NCBI RefSeq assembly: GCF_009914755.1
Contig: NC_060934.1
Direction: 5' to 3' (one strand)
Origin: the human T2T-CHM13v2.0 reference genome, Homo sapiens
Length of the DNA: 64,000 nucleotides
The position numbers were made by a program, and so were the translations under genes. Each line of letters opens with the position of its first letter. Positions within the stretch are counted from its first letter, which is position 1. The notes below the pieces were generated by a model, which was not told the origin of the DNA, did no database searches, and saw nothing but the letters and a program-made list of their open reading frames with translations. Below, piece after piece: positions 44,599 to 59,272 of this stretch.

Positions 44599-45287
44599 CT
44601 GAAACACCCGGTACATGCTCAGTGAGCCCCAGCCAGCCCCTCACACCCCGCCCCACCCCAGGGCATCACCAGCCTCAGGTCCCAACACTTCCCGTAGATA
44701 CAGCGGACAGGAGCCAATGGCAGGTAGGTCTGTAGCACTCAGAGGCAAGCCAAAACCTGCTAACAGCCCAATTCCAGAAACATCCAAATCACCACTTACA
44801 AACCTGACACCAAAAAGGGCACATGTATCTCCAGGGAAGGGAGACAGGCCCCTCTGGTACAGACCTAGTGCCTCCAAATACTGGGGCCTGGACAGATATC
44901 AGCAGGTGGGCAGGCAAAGACCCTCAGAGGGATGCTGGGAGACCAAAGGGAAACACCCCTTGGGCCTACCCTACAGGAAGAAGCTGCAGTAGGGCCCCTG
45001 GACAGAGACCCAGAGGCCTGCCTGAGCCCTGCTGCATGTTCTGAATCACTTTCATGCCTGCCAGGTCTCTGAAGCTGGCAATAAGATGTGAAGGATTAAT
45101 AGCCTTGTTTTACACTTAGGAAAACTGAGGCCCAAAGGCACAAATCCACCTGCTGTAGGCAGACTGCTTGCTCTTGCACAGGGACAGGACTAGAACCAGA
45201 ACCCCTGGCTACTAAGTCCAGAGAAAAGAAGGGCAAAGGCAGCTGTCTGTGGGTGTTGGAGGCCCTGGCCAAGCAGGCCTCACTCAC

Positions 45288-45431
45288 TGGTAGAAGTCAG
45301 TCTCCTTGGCCACCTCCTCACACCTCTTCAAGGCGTTGGTGTGCTGGTTCTGCAGGCTCTGCAGGTCCGACATGGCTCGCACGCACTGGATCTTCAGCCT
45401 CTCATAGTCAGGATTCAGCCTGTGGTAGGGC
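45288..45431 (-). CDS. DLG5: DLG5 exon 4 (144 bp), PYHRLNPDYERLKIQCVRAMSDLQSLQNQHTNALKRCEEVAKETDFYH, coiled coil
   Basis: ggccag|GCCCT...TACCA|gtgagt; translated manually, frame continuous with exons 3 and 5. Confidence 0.94.
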
Positions 45432-45670
45432 CTGGCCCAGAGAGCGAATGGCCCCATGAACACAGGCCCCAGGATTCACACGGATAGAGGAGCCAGGTCC
45501 TGGATTAGGCCAGCCCAGTGGTTCCCCAGTACTGGTCTTCTATGCACCACACACACCTGGGTGTTTGTTAAACTCAGATATCCTGGCCTCACTCAGACCC
45601 ACAGAATCAGAATCCCTAGGATGGAGGGAGCCGTGGTTGCCTGAGCTCCCTGCATGGGCCTGGAGAGCTA

Positions 45671-46085
<415 letters not shown>

Positions 46086-46124
46086 GTAAAATATTAAAGA
46101 AAAGAAATTTCTCCTCTCTTTAGA

Positions 46125-46695
46125 ACAATGACTCTCAATCTTGGGTACACATTAAAATACCAATGCCCAGGTCAATTACATTAGCATATCTGAGGATAAA
46201 ACCCAAACGTGAGGATTTTTTAAAAACTCCCCAGGGTATTCCAATGTGCAACCAAGGTTAAGAACACTGGCCATGAGCAGTGATCTCAGAGTGGGGTTCC
46301 CAGACCTGCAGCACAGTATCACCTGGGAACTTGTCACAAATAGACATTCTCAGGCCTAGCCCCAGCCCCAGCCCTCCTGAGTCAGGTGTTCTGAAGGGAG
46401 GGAAAGAGAGGCAATGATCTGTGCATTAACAAGCTCTGTGGATGATTCTGGTGCATGCTCAAGTTTGAGGACCCTTTTTCTAGAGCAGAGGTCAGCAAAC
46501 TTTTTTTGCAAAAGGCCACACAGTAAATACTTTAGGCTTTGCACACTACATAGTTTCTGTTGCAACCACTCGACTCCACCTTTGTAGCAGGAAAGCAGTC
46601 ATAGACACTTTGTAACCAATGAGCATGGCTGTGTTCCAATAAAACTTCATTTATAAAACAGGCAGTGGGCCCGTGGGCCATAGTGTGCCAACTCT
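46125..46695. mobile_element. Cluster of hAT MITEs (MER5-like, then MER58-like at ~46487-46695)
   Basis: caaggttaagaacactg and tcaagtttgagga (MER5-type ends); ggtcagcaaacttttt...gagcatggctgtgttccaataaaact (MER58-type). Confidence 0.7.
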
Positions 46696-47123
46696 CATGT
46701 GCTAGCACATCCACGTCTTCACTCATCCTGCCTTCGGGCCAACTGACTGAGGGGCATATCCTCATGAATACAAGCTCAGGGATCAGGCTCTGCAGCTCTG
46801 GCATAATCCCAGAGGCACAAAGTGCAGAGGCATAGACCCTTACTCCTGAAGGAAAGAGGTGAAACTGAAGTGTTTACACCAAGCCCCCCTCCCCTCCAGA
46901 CCTCTACCAGCATGGGAGCTAAAGGATAAACCACTCTCTGGCCCTCCTCCTTCCCAGAAAGTCCTCTTAGATCATGCAGGTAGATAAAGACTCTCTCTGC
47001 CCCACCCTATGGGCCACCCTTCCCTGGTATCTACCTCTAAATCACAACAAAAGCAGCAAACATTTTCTTCAAAGCAACAAAGACACCAGGTACAATGTGC
47101 TCTGTTTAAAACACATCATGTGG

Positions 47124-47425
47124 GGCCAGACACTGTGGCTCACGCCTGTAATTCCAGCACTCTGGGAGGCCAAGGCAGGAGGATCACTGGAGCCTAGAAG
47201 CCCAAGACCAGCCTGGGCAAAAAAGAAAGACCCTGCTGCTACAAAAAAATTAAAAAAAAAAAATTAGTTGGGCATGGTGGCACACACCTATAGTCCCAGC
47301 TACTTGGAAGGCTGAGGTGGGAGGTTCACTTGAGCCGGGGAGGTCAAAACTGCATTGAACCATGATTGTGCCACTGCATTCTAGCCCAGGCAACAGAGCA
47401 AGACCCCGTCTCAAAAAACAAATAA
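47124..47425 (+). mobile_element. Alu (J-like)
   Basis: Dimer consensus. Confidence 0.93.
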
Positions 47426-47510
47426 AACACATGTGTGACAGGGAACAATTAATATGTTTACCAACCACATAAAGCTTCACTCAACTTAGGCAGGTCTAGG
47501 AGACAGTGGT

Positions 47511-47514
<4 letters not shown>

Positions 47515-47542
<28 letters not shown>
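47515..47542. repeat. (CA)n microsatellite
   Basis: About 14 AC units. Confidence 0.9.
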
Positions 47543-47545
<3 letters not shown>

Positions 47546-47792
47546 CTGACTTTGCACACAAGCACACCACTATCAGGGGCCTCGCCACATGTGGGATGGG
47601 GACCTGCCCCACAAGAAGCCTGTGGGTCCTGCCCCTGGGAAGCATTTCTGGACATGAGGTGGGGGAAAGGGGACACTCAGGCAGCGCAGCCTGGACCCCC
47701 AGGAGCCAGGGGTGTTTGGGGGTGACAGCACCAGCATCGGGGTAGTAATCCCAACCATGGGGCCTGGGCAGGGGAGACGGCGCAATTACTAC

Positions 47793-47955
47793 CTCTTGTC
47801 AAAGGCCGTGCCATGCGTAGCAAAGGCCAGGCGCTTGCGGAGCTCGTTTCTCTCCCGGGTCATCAGCCGCAGCTGAATGGAGAGGTTCTCCACCTTCTCA
47901 TTCACTTGCCGGTCAGTGAGGAGGGGTGGTGGGGACGGCGCCTTCCCGGTAGTGC
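47793..47955 (-). CDS. DLG5: DLG5 exon 3 (163 bp), TTGKAPSPPPLLTDRQVNEKVENLSIQLRLMTRERNELRKRLAFATHGTAFDKR
   Basis: ttccacag|GCACT...AAGAG|gtagta; ORF 47789..47992. Confidence 0.96.
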
Positions 47956-49265
47956 CTGTGGAAGGGGAATAATAAAGTGAACTTGTGTTCATCTGGCATT
48001 CACGAGGCGCCCGGTGCTGTCCTGAGCTGTTGGCTTGTGTTAGCTATTCGTGACCCAACAAGTGGGTCCTCTTAGCATTCCCCTTTCACAGATGAGAACA
48101 CTGAGCCACAGACGGTAGCAGGTAGAACTGAAAGTGAGTGCAGGGCATCTGGCTCCAGCATCCAAGCACTCAACAACCCCCAGTAACCACCCCAGCAAGG
48201 ACCCTGAAGACGCGCACTCTCTCCCCAACCTGGCTTTCACACCTCCAGGATGCGACTGTTTTGGCCGTGATCCTTGCATCCTCCCCTGGTTTGGAAATAT
48301 CAGCTGTTACCCACCACTAAGCCTGGCACATGGAGCAGGACAGACCAACCTGTGCCCTGAGGAGAGTGGAAGGCATGGCTCGAGGAGAAAGGCACACCTG
48401 AAATCCAATGACGCTACTAAGGACCAGGGCAGCTGGGGCCCAAGGGCCGTGTCCCCGCCCTCCTCGACCAGGGCTGGACAGTGCACGGCTCCCTTTTTGC
48501 AAGCCGTCCACCCGCCTGAAAGACCTGCCCAACCAGCCCAGGCGTGCAGGCTAAGAGGAGGGCTGCTGGCTCCCAGCTGAGGTCAGTGTGACGCAATTCA
48601 AGTTGGTCCTGATGCCTCCAGGCTACTTAACCCTCACCAGCCCTCATCAACCACCCTAGGACTGAGTGTCCTACAGGGAGCCCCACACCGTATGCTCCTA
48701 GCAGGCAACAGCCACCGCTGCCACCACCACCTCTGATAAGATCCAAATCCATCTCTAGGAAGAAAGCACCTCATCCCAGGAGAAGAGACTAATCCATGGT
48801 GCTTTTATATTGAACGCTGTCAATATGTCTACCTGATATCTCAATCAACCCTTAGAGACCCTTGTTGGGGTCAGAGGAGCTCACAGCAACCATCCAATTT
48901 GTGGATGGGATCTGGCAGGCTGACTCGTGTCAGGGGACACAGTGTCTGTTCCACACTGGACCCACAACGCACAAAGGGCATAGGACATGATAGGTCTTCT
49001 GATTCTCTGTGCTGTCCTGACCACCCCTGTCCCACTGATCCTTGTTGGTCAAATGTTCATGCAAACCAAGAGTCCCCCAACCCAAGACAAAAGCAGTGGC
49101 TTGGGGCCTTCCAGAAGGGCCAGGGAGGATAGGGAGCTCAGGGCCAGGCATGACAAGCCAGACCACAGTGGGAGGAGGATCCTCAACTCCCAGTGCTGTG
49201 CTTTTCAGTCTTTTCAGGTTGTGGAACCCCAACCACTTGACTCCAGCACCCCCTGAAATGCACGA

Positions 49266-50808
<1,543 letters not shown>

Positions 50809-51352
50809 TGTTTAAAAGCCACCAGCACCATGACAGCCAGGATTTCTCTGCTCCAGGCCGCACCTTTGGGGTCAAAATATTCTTTGGCGGTGAGGCCAGG
50901 GGTCAGCATTTCCTCTCCCCAAAGGGGTCTCCTCTGCAGCTTCGAAGTCTTCCCACACCTTTCCACCAAAAGACCCTGAGCTTCACTGCTGCCCCCAGCA
51001 GTTTTGTGGGTCAGGTGGGTGATGGTGCTGAGTCATCTGACTGACCATAACCTACCTGACTCTCCAACAAGTGGAGCTTCCTTTGAACGTGCCTGCTACT
51101 CAACCTCTAACCAAGCCCAGGGGGAGGTTATGTTCCAGGCATTGATTTCACCTTCACAACAACCTCACAAGTGTGTACTGATAACATCGTCCCCATTTCA
51201 CAGGTGATAAACTGAGGCCCAGCAAGGTTAGGTAATTGACTCAAGTGCCCAGGCAGTCTGGATTCTAAACACATGCACTTCACCCTCATGCCTCGGTGCC
51301 TCCCAAATAACAACCACCAGTAGCACACAATGCAAGCCTGGCAGGTTTTGGG

Positions 51353-51663
<311 letters not shown>

Positions 51664-51854
51664 ATGCCTGGCAGTTTTTGAAATGCTTTTCATACATTAT
51701 CCCATTTCGATCCTCATAAGGTAAATATCACTGTTATCCTCATTTTGCACATCAGGAAACACAATCTTACCAAGGTTAAATAGTGTGTCCAGGTCACAGA
51801 GCTATGGAATATGGAATATGGACCTCTAAATGATCCTAGAACCCAAGGTATTAA

Positions 51855-52340
51855 CCTCAAAACTTGCACATTTTTGGATCTTAGGACCTCTGTACTTATC
51901 TGGCACTCCAAAGAGCTCTTGTTCACAGATGTTATGTCTAATAAAATTTACAAGATTAGAAATTAAAACCAAGAAGAATTTTTAAATATTTACTTATTTT
52001 TTAAAAAATCAAAACTCCATTATATATTGACATAAGATTTTTTATGAGACATTAACCACCCTTTCCATTACAAAACAAAGCAATGCGGCAGGAACAGCAT
52101 CATTGCTTTGCATTTTGTTACACAGGCTGTTTAACATCCAGCTTCACAGAGACAGCTGGAGTCTCATCTCTGTAATGTCACACACCCAGGATGGAACCTT
52201 TAGAAAACTAGACTCTACACCCATGTGAGGATGGAAGCAGAAAAGACCAGTGACATCCTAGTATCATTATGAAAACAGTCTCACCTCACGAGCCCTCTGA
52301 AAGGACCTCAGGGACATCAGGCCACACTTTCAGAATGGCT
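51855..52340. mobile_element. hAT-Charlie-like non-autonomous element
   Basis: ccaaagagctcttgtt...attagaaattaaaac and ctgaaaggacctcagggac...ccacactttcagaa resemble Charlie1 ends (from memory). Confidence 0.6.
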
Positions 52341-53449
52341 ATTCTATGCTATAGTCAAGTTCAAGAAATAGCAGAGAAACATCAAATGTCCAGTTTCACA
52401 ACAGAAAAGCACCACCAGGCCCAGTAACCTGCCTTTGGGGAGACAAGAAATTTTGAATTTTCATCCCCATTGTATAAACGAGGCAACATAAAGATGCAGC
52501 CCTGGCTTTCAAAGAAGCTGGAGAGAGGAGAGGAGGCGGCAGGACAGAAGGAGGGGCTCAGAGCCATCCCAACACACCCCATCTCTGTCTCCAGACGTCT
52601 CAGTCTACAGCCATGAGGACCTGGGCGTGGCTGGCCACACAGATAAAGTAGCAACGACATGTGCCAAGCACTGCCCAAGCACTGGGTTCTGTGCTAAAGA
52701 CACTCTACCTTCAACTCATTAATCTCCACAGCTCCCTACTGGGGTTGTGCTAGGATTGCTCCTTGAGAAACACGTCAGAAAGACTACATGGCTAGGAAAA
52801 TGGGATTCCCATGCACACTCAGCTCTGACGCCAAAGCCAACACCTCAACCACTCCACAACAATGCCTCCTAATAGGGAAGGATTCTCGTTCCACTTCTCT
52901 TGGCCCAAAGGCTTGAGCATACAGGACACATACAGAAAGTAAGGTCAACCAGACCCAAGATCCATCACACATCAGGCTCTCAGACCCAGCAGAAAGTGCA
53001 GCCGATGCCTCCGGCCTTTTGTAATTGGGGGATGGGGAGGGCCAAGGAGGGCCACAGGGGACCTCATGACCAATCTCAAGATGTGCTACGCCCAGAAGTT
53101 CCAAAAGAACAGCAAGGGTTGCAGAAAATCCTCTCAATCCCCATTCAACTGAAGTTTTTGTCTTTTTACTTGCATCTAGAGGTTGACAGATATTCTGAAA
53201 ATGATGCAGTCCTACCATCCAAATGGTTGTCAGGATCCCTCAAATGGCCACCAAGACCAAATTCTACAGCAAAGGAGCTCACTACTTCCCAGCAGAGCCC
53301 ATCTTATCTCTCTCCCTAAAATTATGCCCTCTACTGAGTTAATCTGTCCCTGGACATTCCCTCCACTGACCCTTGATCTAACCCCTAAGGGCCACAGGGA
53401 ACAACTGGATTTCTTGTATGCAATAGACCTGCAAGCATTTGAAGACAAC

Positions 53450-54150
53450 CATGAAGTTCCTTTACCACCATATGCCCATCAGAATGGCTAAAATAAAAAG
53501 CAATGCCACCAAATGCTGGCAAGGATACAGCTGGATTCTCAAAACTGGAATTCTCAAACACTGCTGATGAGAATACAAAGTCATGCAGCCACTTCAGAAA
53601 ACAGTTTGACAGTTTCTTATAAAGCTAAACATGCAATTGCCATACCACCCAGCAATCCCATTCTTAGGTATTTTACCCAGGAGAAATGAGAATTTATGTT
53701 CAAACAAAAACCAGCACACAGCTGTTTAGAGCAGCTAGGGAATGAATAAACAACTGTGTTATGTCCTTATGATGGAGTATTACTCAGCAATGAAAAGGGA
53801 TGAATGACTAATACAACTGCGGACGCACACAGGGTGTGGGGGAAGCTGGAATGCCCTGCGTTAATCAAAAGAAGCCTGACTCTAAAAGCTACATACTACA
53901 CAACCATTCATATGACATTCTGGGAAGGGCAACACTACAGGGACAGAAAAGAGATGAGTGGCTGCCAAGGACTGAAGGTGGGGAAAGGGCAGATTGCAAA
54001 AGTGCAGAGGGAATTTTTAAGATACAGAGGGCAGTGTTTTGCATCTTAAAAGTAGCAATGGTTGCATGACTATTTGTCAAAACTTGAACTGTATACTTAC
54101 AAAAAATACATTTTACTGTATGTAAATTATATCTCAATGAACATAACCTT
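53450..54150 (+). mobile_element. L1M 3' fragment
   Basis: cccatcagaatggctaaaataaaa...cccagcaatcccattcttaggtatt...tgtatgtaaattatatctcaat. Confidence 0.8.
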
Positions 54151-54152
54151 AA

Positions 54153-54461
<309 letters not shown>

Positions 54462-55434
54462 TATTTTTTTAAGAAAACCAAACTGTGATGCCCTGAATGA
54501 AGCCATCATCCTAAGAGTGATGTTGACAGGTAAAGAGATGAGGACCAACCTCCTCTGCTGTCACTGTGGTTATTTACAGTAAACTTTTTAAAAACAGGCA
54601 AAACAGAAACTAACATAAAGCTGGGTTGTCAACAAAAGCCTCCAAAGTAGCTGCCAACAAAAGCTTCCAATGCAGTTCTAACGTTGTGCAGTTGTTCTTC
54701 TGGACTCAAATGCAAAGCTGTCAACTCTCCCGTGACCTCAGGCTTTCCTTACCCAAGTCTGGCAACCACTGGAGAAGGAGGCAGATTGTCCTTTTCCTTT
54801 TGGTGTTCAGGATCAGATTTCAGAGGTAAGGGATTTGGTTTGGACTAAAATGGCCCAAAACAGGAAGACACCAGATCAGGAGCAGGCTCTGGATGGAGAC
54901 AAAGAGCAGCCAGCCCTGCGCTGCTCTTTTCACCCCCATTTTGTAAAGGAGGCAACAGGAAGACACAGCCCTGCCTTACGAGGAAGCTGGAAGAGGAGAG
55001 AAGGAAGCAGGACAGAAGGAAGGGGCTCAGAGCCGTCCCAACACAACCCATCTCAGTCTCCAGCCATGAGGACCTTGGGGCGGCCAGCCTCCCTCTGACC
55101 TGGGTGTAAGAAGGAGGGCAGAAGGGAGTGTCCCCATCACAGGAATCCTCAGCTCCTTCAGTTGCCCTGGCTGCTATGGTCACCACCACCGAGGCTCAGC
55201 AAATGGACTGGCAGCTGGGTGGATTTCTCAGCCACCGCCCTTTGTCCTGGGCTCCCTCACTGTCATGCTCCCACTGACCCTGGAGGCGCATCCTTGGTCT
55301 TACAGCTGGGCAGGTCTCACCTTTGCTTCCAGGCCCTGTATGCCTGTGCTTCCAGGAGCCAGAGAGATGTCCAGGTAAACTTCCTGGCCACCTCCAGGCC
55401 CTGGCTGCCCGGGAGAGGCAAAGCAGTGGCAGAG

Positions 55435-55542
55435 CACAGTCATCAGAGCACCACGTCATCCTCACCTACAACTCAGGACACCCAGAGCCACAGTCATCAG
55501 AGCACCACGTCATCCTCACCTACAACTCAGGACACCCAGAGC
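55435..55542. repeat. Perfect 2 x 54-bp tandem duplication
   Basis: cacagtcatcagagcaccacgtcatcctcacctacaactcaggacacccagagc at 55435-55488 and 55489-55542. Confidence 0.97.
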
Positions 55543-58500
55543 CGTCCAGGAAAGACCCAGGCCCTGCCTGGGGTGAACGAGTGCTTCTTAAAGCACCTAA
55601 GCTTCACTAGAGAACCTGCTAGGCAAAATTTCAGGTCCCACCCAGACCCACTGAATCAGAAACCCTGGGAGTAAGTCCCTGCAGCACTCCGTGTGGTAAA
55701 AGCCCTCCGGGTGATTCCGATGCCTGCTAGAGTTTGAGAACCTCTGTTCCAGACCAAAGTTGCATTTGCATATTTCTCCTTTGTTTTACTGGCTATCCAG
55801 CAGCCACTGCCTTTAAAGAAATCCCCCACTGATGTCCTTGACAATGAAGGCCTAAGGGGGACACCCCTCTTAGTCAATGAGTACATGACTCCAGTTCAGC
55901 GTTTCCCCAGCTTGGAGTGAAAGGAGGTTAGATTCCAATGCTGGAAGCCCAGGCCCCAGATCTCCAGCCAGATCAAAGACTTGCTTTCGAACCCTTGACT
56001 CAGGGTCTGGTTTTCAGAACCCAAACCACCATAAGCAGCCATGGCCAACTACTTCCCAGCTGCATCTAGTCCAGAGCACTTTTCCTGGAAGGCCCAGTCC
56101 AAGGGCCACTTCCTCCAGGAAGCTTTCTGTGATTCCCCTCATCAGAACTAACTGCTTCTTCCCTTGAGTTACTTCTTTCTTTCTGCTCTACACAGAACAG
56201 AATAGCCAGTCGTGCCAGACAGTGCCTGTCTCCCTGGCAGTGTGATAACATTTGGGGCCGTGTTCACCGTGATCCCTATGAGTACCAAACACCTGCCCCA
56301 CAAGGAGGAGGCATTCCCATCTCTGATAAATTGGCTTTGCAAAGGATTACCCCTGACCCAAAAGTCTGGGCCAGGAATGAAGGATCAGAGGTCACAGGGC
56401 GTCAGTGGCAGCCCCCACTTCCCTGATGGCTCACCCCACCTTCCCCTGTCAACCAGAAGAAGCACTTTCAAGGAATCTTCCCTGGGATATGAGAGAAGCC
56501 CTCCAGCAATTTCTCCTGCCGATAAGCCTGGAGACCTCTCCATTTAATAAGAAATCTCCTGCTATTTCAATCTTCATGGAATTTAAGGCTGGCTTTATAA
56601 GTGCTGCCCAAGAATGTCTCTTCTCCTCCTTAAAACCTCCCCAGTTTTCCAAGATGAGAAATAAAAGGCTACTGAGAAATTAGGTCAGGATGAATGGGGA
56701 GGAAAAAAGTACTGATTGCCTGAAACGAGTGTGCAGTCCCCAGGCAGATCCACCAGGTAGGGTCGGGGGCAGGTCACAACAACAGGTGCAGGAAGCGGGG
56801 GAGGGCCTCGGGGAAGCTGTGTGTGCTTAGCTGATGAAAACTGCCCGAGGAGGCCTTGGCACAAAGACCTGCTGCCTTTAAGGCTGTTGGCAAAGGTGTG
56901 GCGAGTTGTGAGTAGGGCCAGGCTGGAGATCCGAGACCCGACAGACCGCCTGAGAGAACGCTGTCTACACGCCCCAGGCTTCAGCCTCCAATTTCTTCTC
57001 ATGCTGAATACAACCTGCCATTGTTTTCCCAGCCGTTTCCATTTAGGGAGATGTAAATGGAAAAGTGGAAGTGATGTTTTTATTATAAGGATCTTGCTCC
57101 TGCCTTTTCTCAGGTTCCTAAGATCACCATGTGACCTTACCAGCGGCCCCTCCTGCCAGGGCGGTGTGTGCTTGCAAAGACTTCTGCCTCTCATCAGGTG
57201 TGGCTGAGCCAGCAGGAACTCCCTGGCAGGTGCTAGAGTGCTCCCAGCCAGAGCCAGCCCCACCAGGCACTCCACCCCGAGGGACTGGTACAAGCCTGGT
57301 ACAGACATTCTGGTTCCCTTCTCAGGGATGAGGTTGGGCCAGCCCATCTCAAACTGGAGGGCTATTAAGCTGTAGAAACCCTCAGCGTTTCTGATGCAGC
57401 AGGGGTGGGAGGAGGCTCAAACCTGCATCTCTAATAAGTGCCCCAGTGGTCCAGCGACCAGGCTTTGTGAGCCACTGGTTTCGGCACAAACAAGCAGCCA
57501 ACTGTGGTCAATGAAAGGAGGCCATACTGATGGACTCTGGAACAGGTTCCTTTGCTCATAAGAACCCCGCCTTCTTCTTCTGCCACTCACCGCAGATGGC
57601 TACAGAGCACTTGAAATGTGGTGGATTTGCCTGAGAAACTAGAAATTTAAATTTCATTTTAATTCATTTAAATTTAAGTAGCCACCTGTGTTTAGTGGCG
57701 CCCATACTGGACACTGCAGACCTGGACACTGTCAGGTCTGGATGTGATGGCTGGAGCTGCTGCTACAGACACCCCGCCATGAGACTGTGTGAAGACACCA
57801 CACAGAGGAGGGCAGAGCTGCATCCCCATGTACTGGCTGACCTCAGCACAGCCTCATATGGGAGCTCATACATTTCCTGATTGGTTAAGGTGGTATGAGT
57901 GGGTGTTCCCTGCTGCCTGCACCCAAAGGACAATGGCAATCTCAAGCAGAAGAGCAAGAGAAGCAAAACTCGGTTCCCTGTGAACTCAAGAGGCTTTGCC
58001 CAGAAGGGATGCAACCAGTTATTTCAGCATTAAATATCCAGACACAGACAGTACAGACCCATCCTGCTCCAAGAAACACATCAGAGCACTGCACTCTGCC
58101 TGCCTGTGATGCCCAGGAAGAGCACAGAGATACTGTTGACGGCTCCATCGCAAGGACTGAGTCAGCTTCAGGTGAGTGCAGAACCAACTGGTGGGTCACG
58201 GCCATGACGCTTCTTCCAGAATATGCTGGGGTCCAGCTGCCCAAGAAATATCTTCCTACTCAGGCTGGGAATTCCACCATCAGCAGTAATTGCTATGGGT
58301 TAGGCAAATACCCCTCTCTGGAATCCCCTTTTAGAATGCACATGTGCCTAGGAAAGGTAACGATTTAACCCTTGAAATGCCGATGGGAATGAGTTTACTG
58401 ATTGCTATCTGTTAGACAGATATTGGTGAAGGGTGAAAAACTAGACAGGTCAGAGGAGTATGCTCAGGGCTTACCCAGTCCACCTTAAAAAGCCTCACCT

Positions 58501-58714
58501 TCCCCATCTACTGATCCTGACTGCCCCACTCCATGCACTTCCTGAAGGGTGAGTCCCACATTCCAAATTCCAACAATCCCATCATTCCATTGATATGTCT
58601 CCGGGCACCAAAAGCAGGCAGAACAAAGTAATAGGATACCGTTGGGAGCTTTGAATTGCAGTCCCAGAAGGGCCTGCCCTGAGCCCTAAACAGGATGAGG
58701 GTTATGGGAGGAAC

Positions 58715-59272
58715 TGTGTTTTTATGGGTGGAGTTGTGGCCCCCCAAAAGATGCTAAAGTCCCAATCCAGTAAATGTGAATGTGAACCTTATTTGGAAAG
58801 GTCAAAGCGTTATCTTTCCGAGGCGCATTTGCATTCTAAAAGGGGAGTCCCGAGAGGGACACTGCTCAGCCCACAGCAGTTATTGCTGATGGTGAAATAG
58901 TCTTTACAGATGATCAATTTAAGATGAGGTCTTGCTGCCGTAAGGCAGGCTCCTAGGCCAATCTGACCAGTGTCCTTATTAAAAGGGGAAATTTGGAGAC
59001 AGACACACATGGACGGAGAACATCATGTGAACACAAAGGCAGAGATCAGTGTGATGTCGGCAAACCAAGGAGCACCAAGGATTACCAGCAAGCCACCAGA
59101 AGCGAGGAGAGAGGCCCGGGACAGATCTCTCCCTAGCGCCTTCAGCCTGCGTGGCCTCACTGACACTTTGATCTTGGGCTTCTGTCCTCCAGAACTGTGA
59201 GACAATCAATTTCTGCTGTGTAAGCCACCTGGTCTGCGGCACTTTGTTATAGCAGCCCTAGAAAACTAAGAT
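58715..59272 (+). mobile_element. MLT1-type (MaLR) solo LTR with a ~98-bp foreign insert
   Basis: tgtgaaccttatttggaaa..gtctttacagatg..ccagaagcgaggagagagg..cctccagaactgtgagacaatcaatttctg..gcagccctagaaaactaa. Confidence 0.85.

Noticed and set aside
55435-55542. CRISPR-like or other prokaryote-style repeat system
   Set aside because: Only two adjacent units with no spacer, in a human intron; no tRNA, rRNA or CRISPR features seen anywhere in the window
56685-57347. 220-aa ORF (likewise 29206-29868 and 61746-62390)
   Set aside because: Low-complexity composition, no recognisable motif or splice context; expected by chance in GC-rich intron
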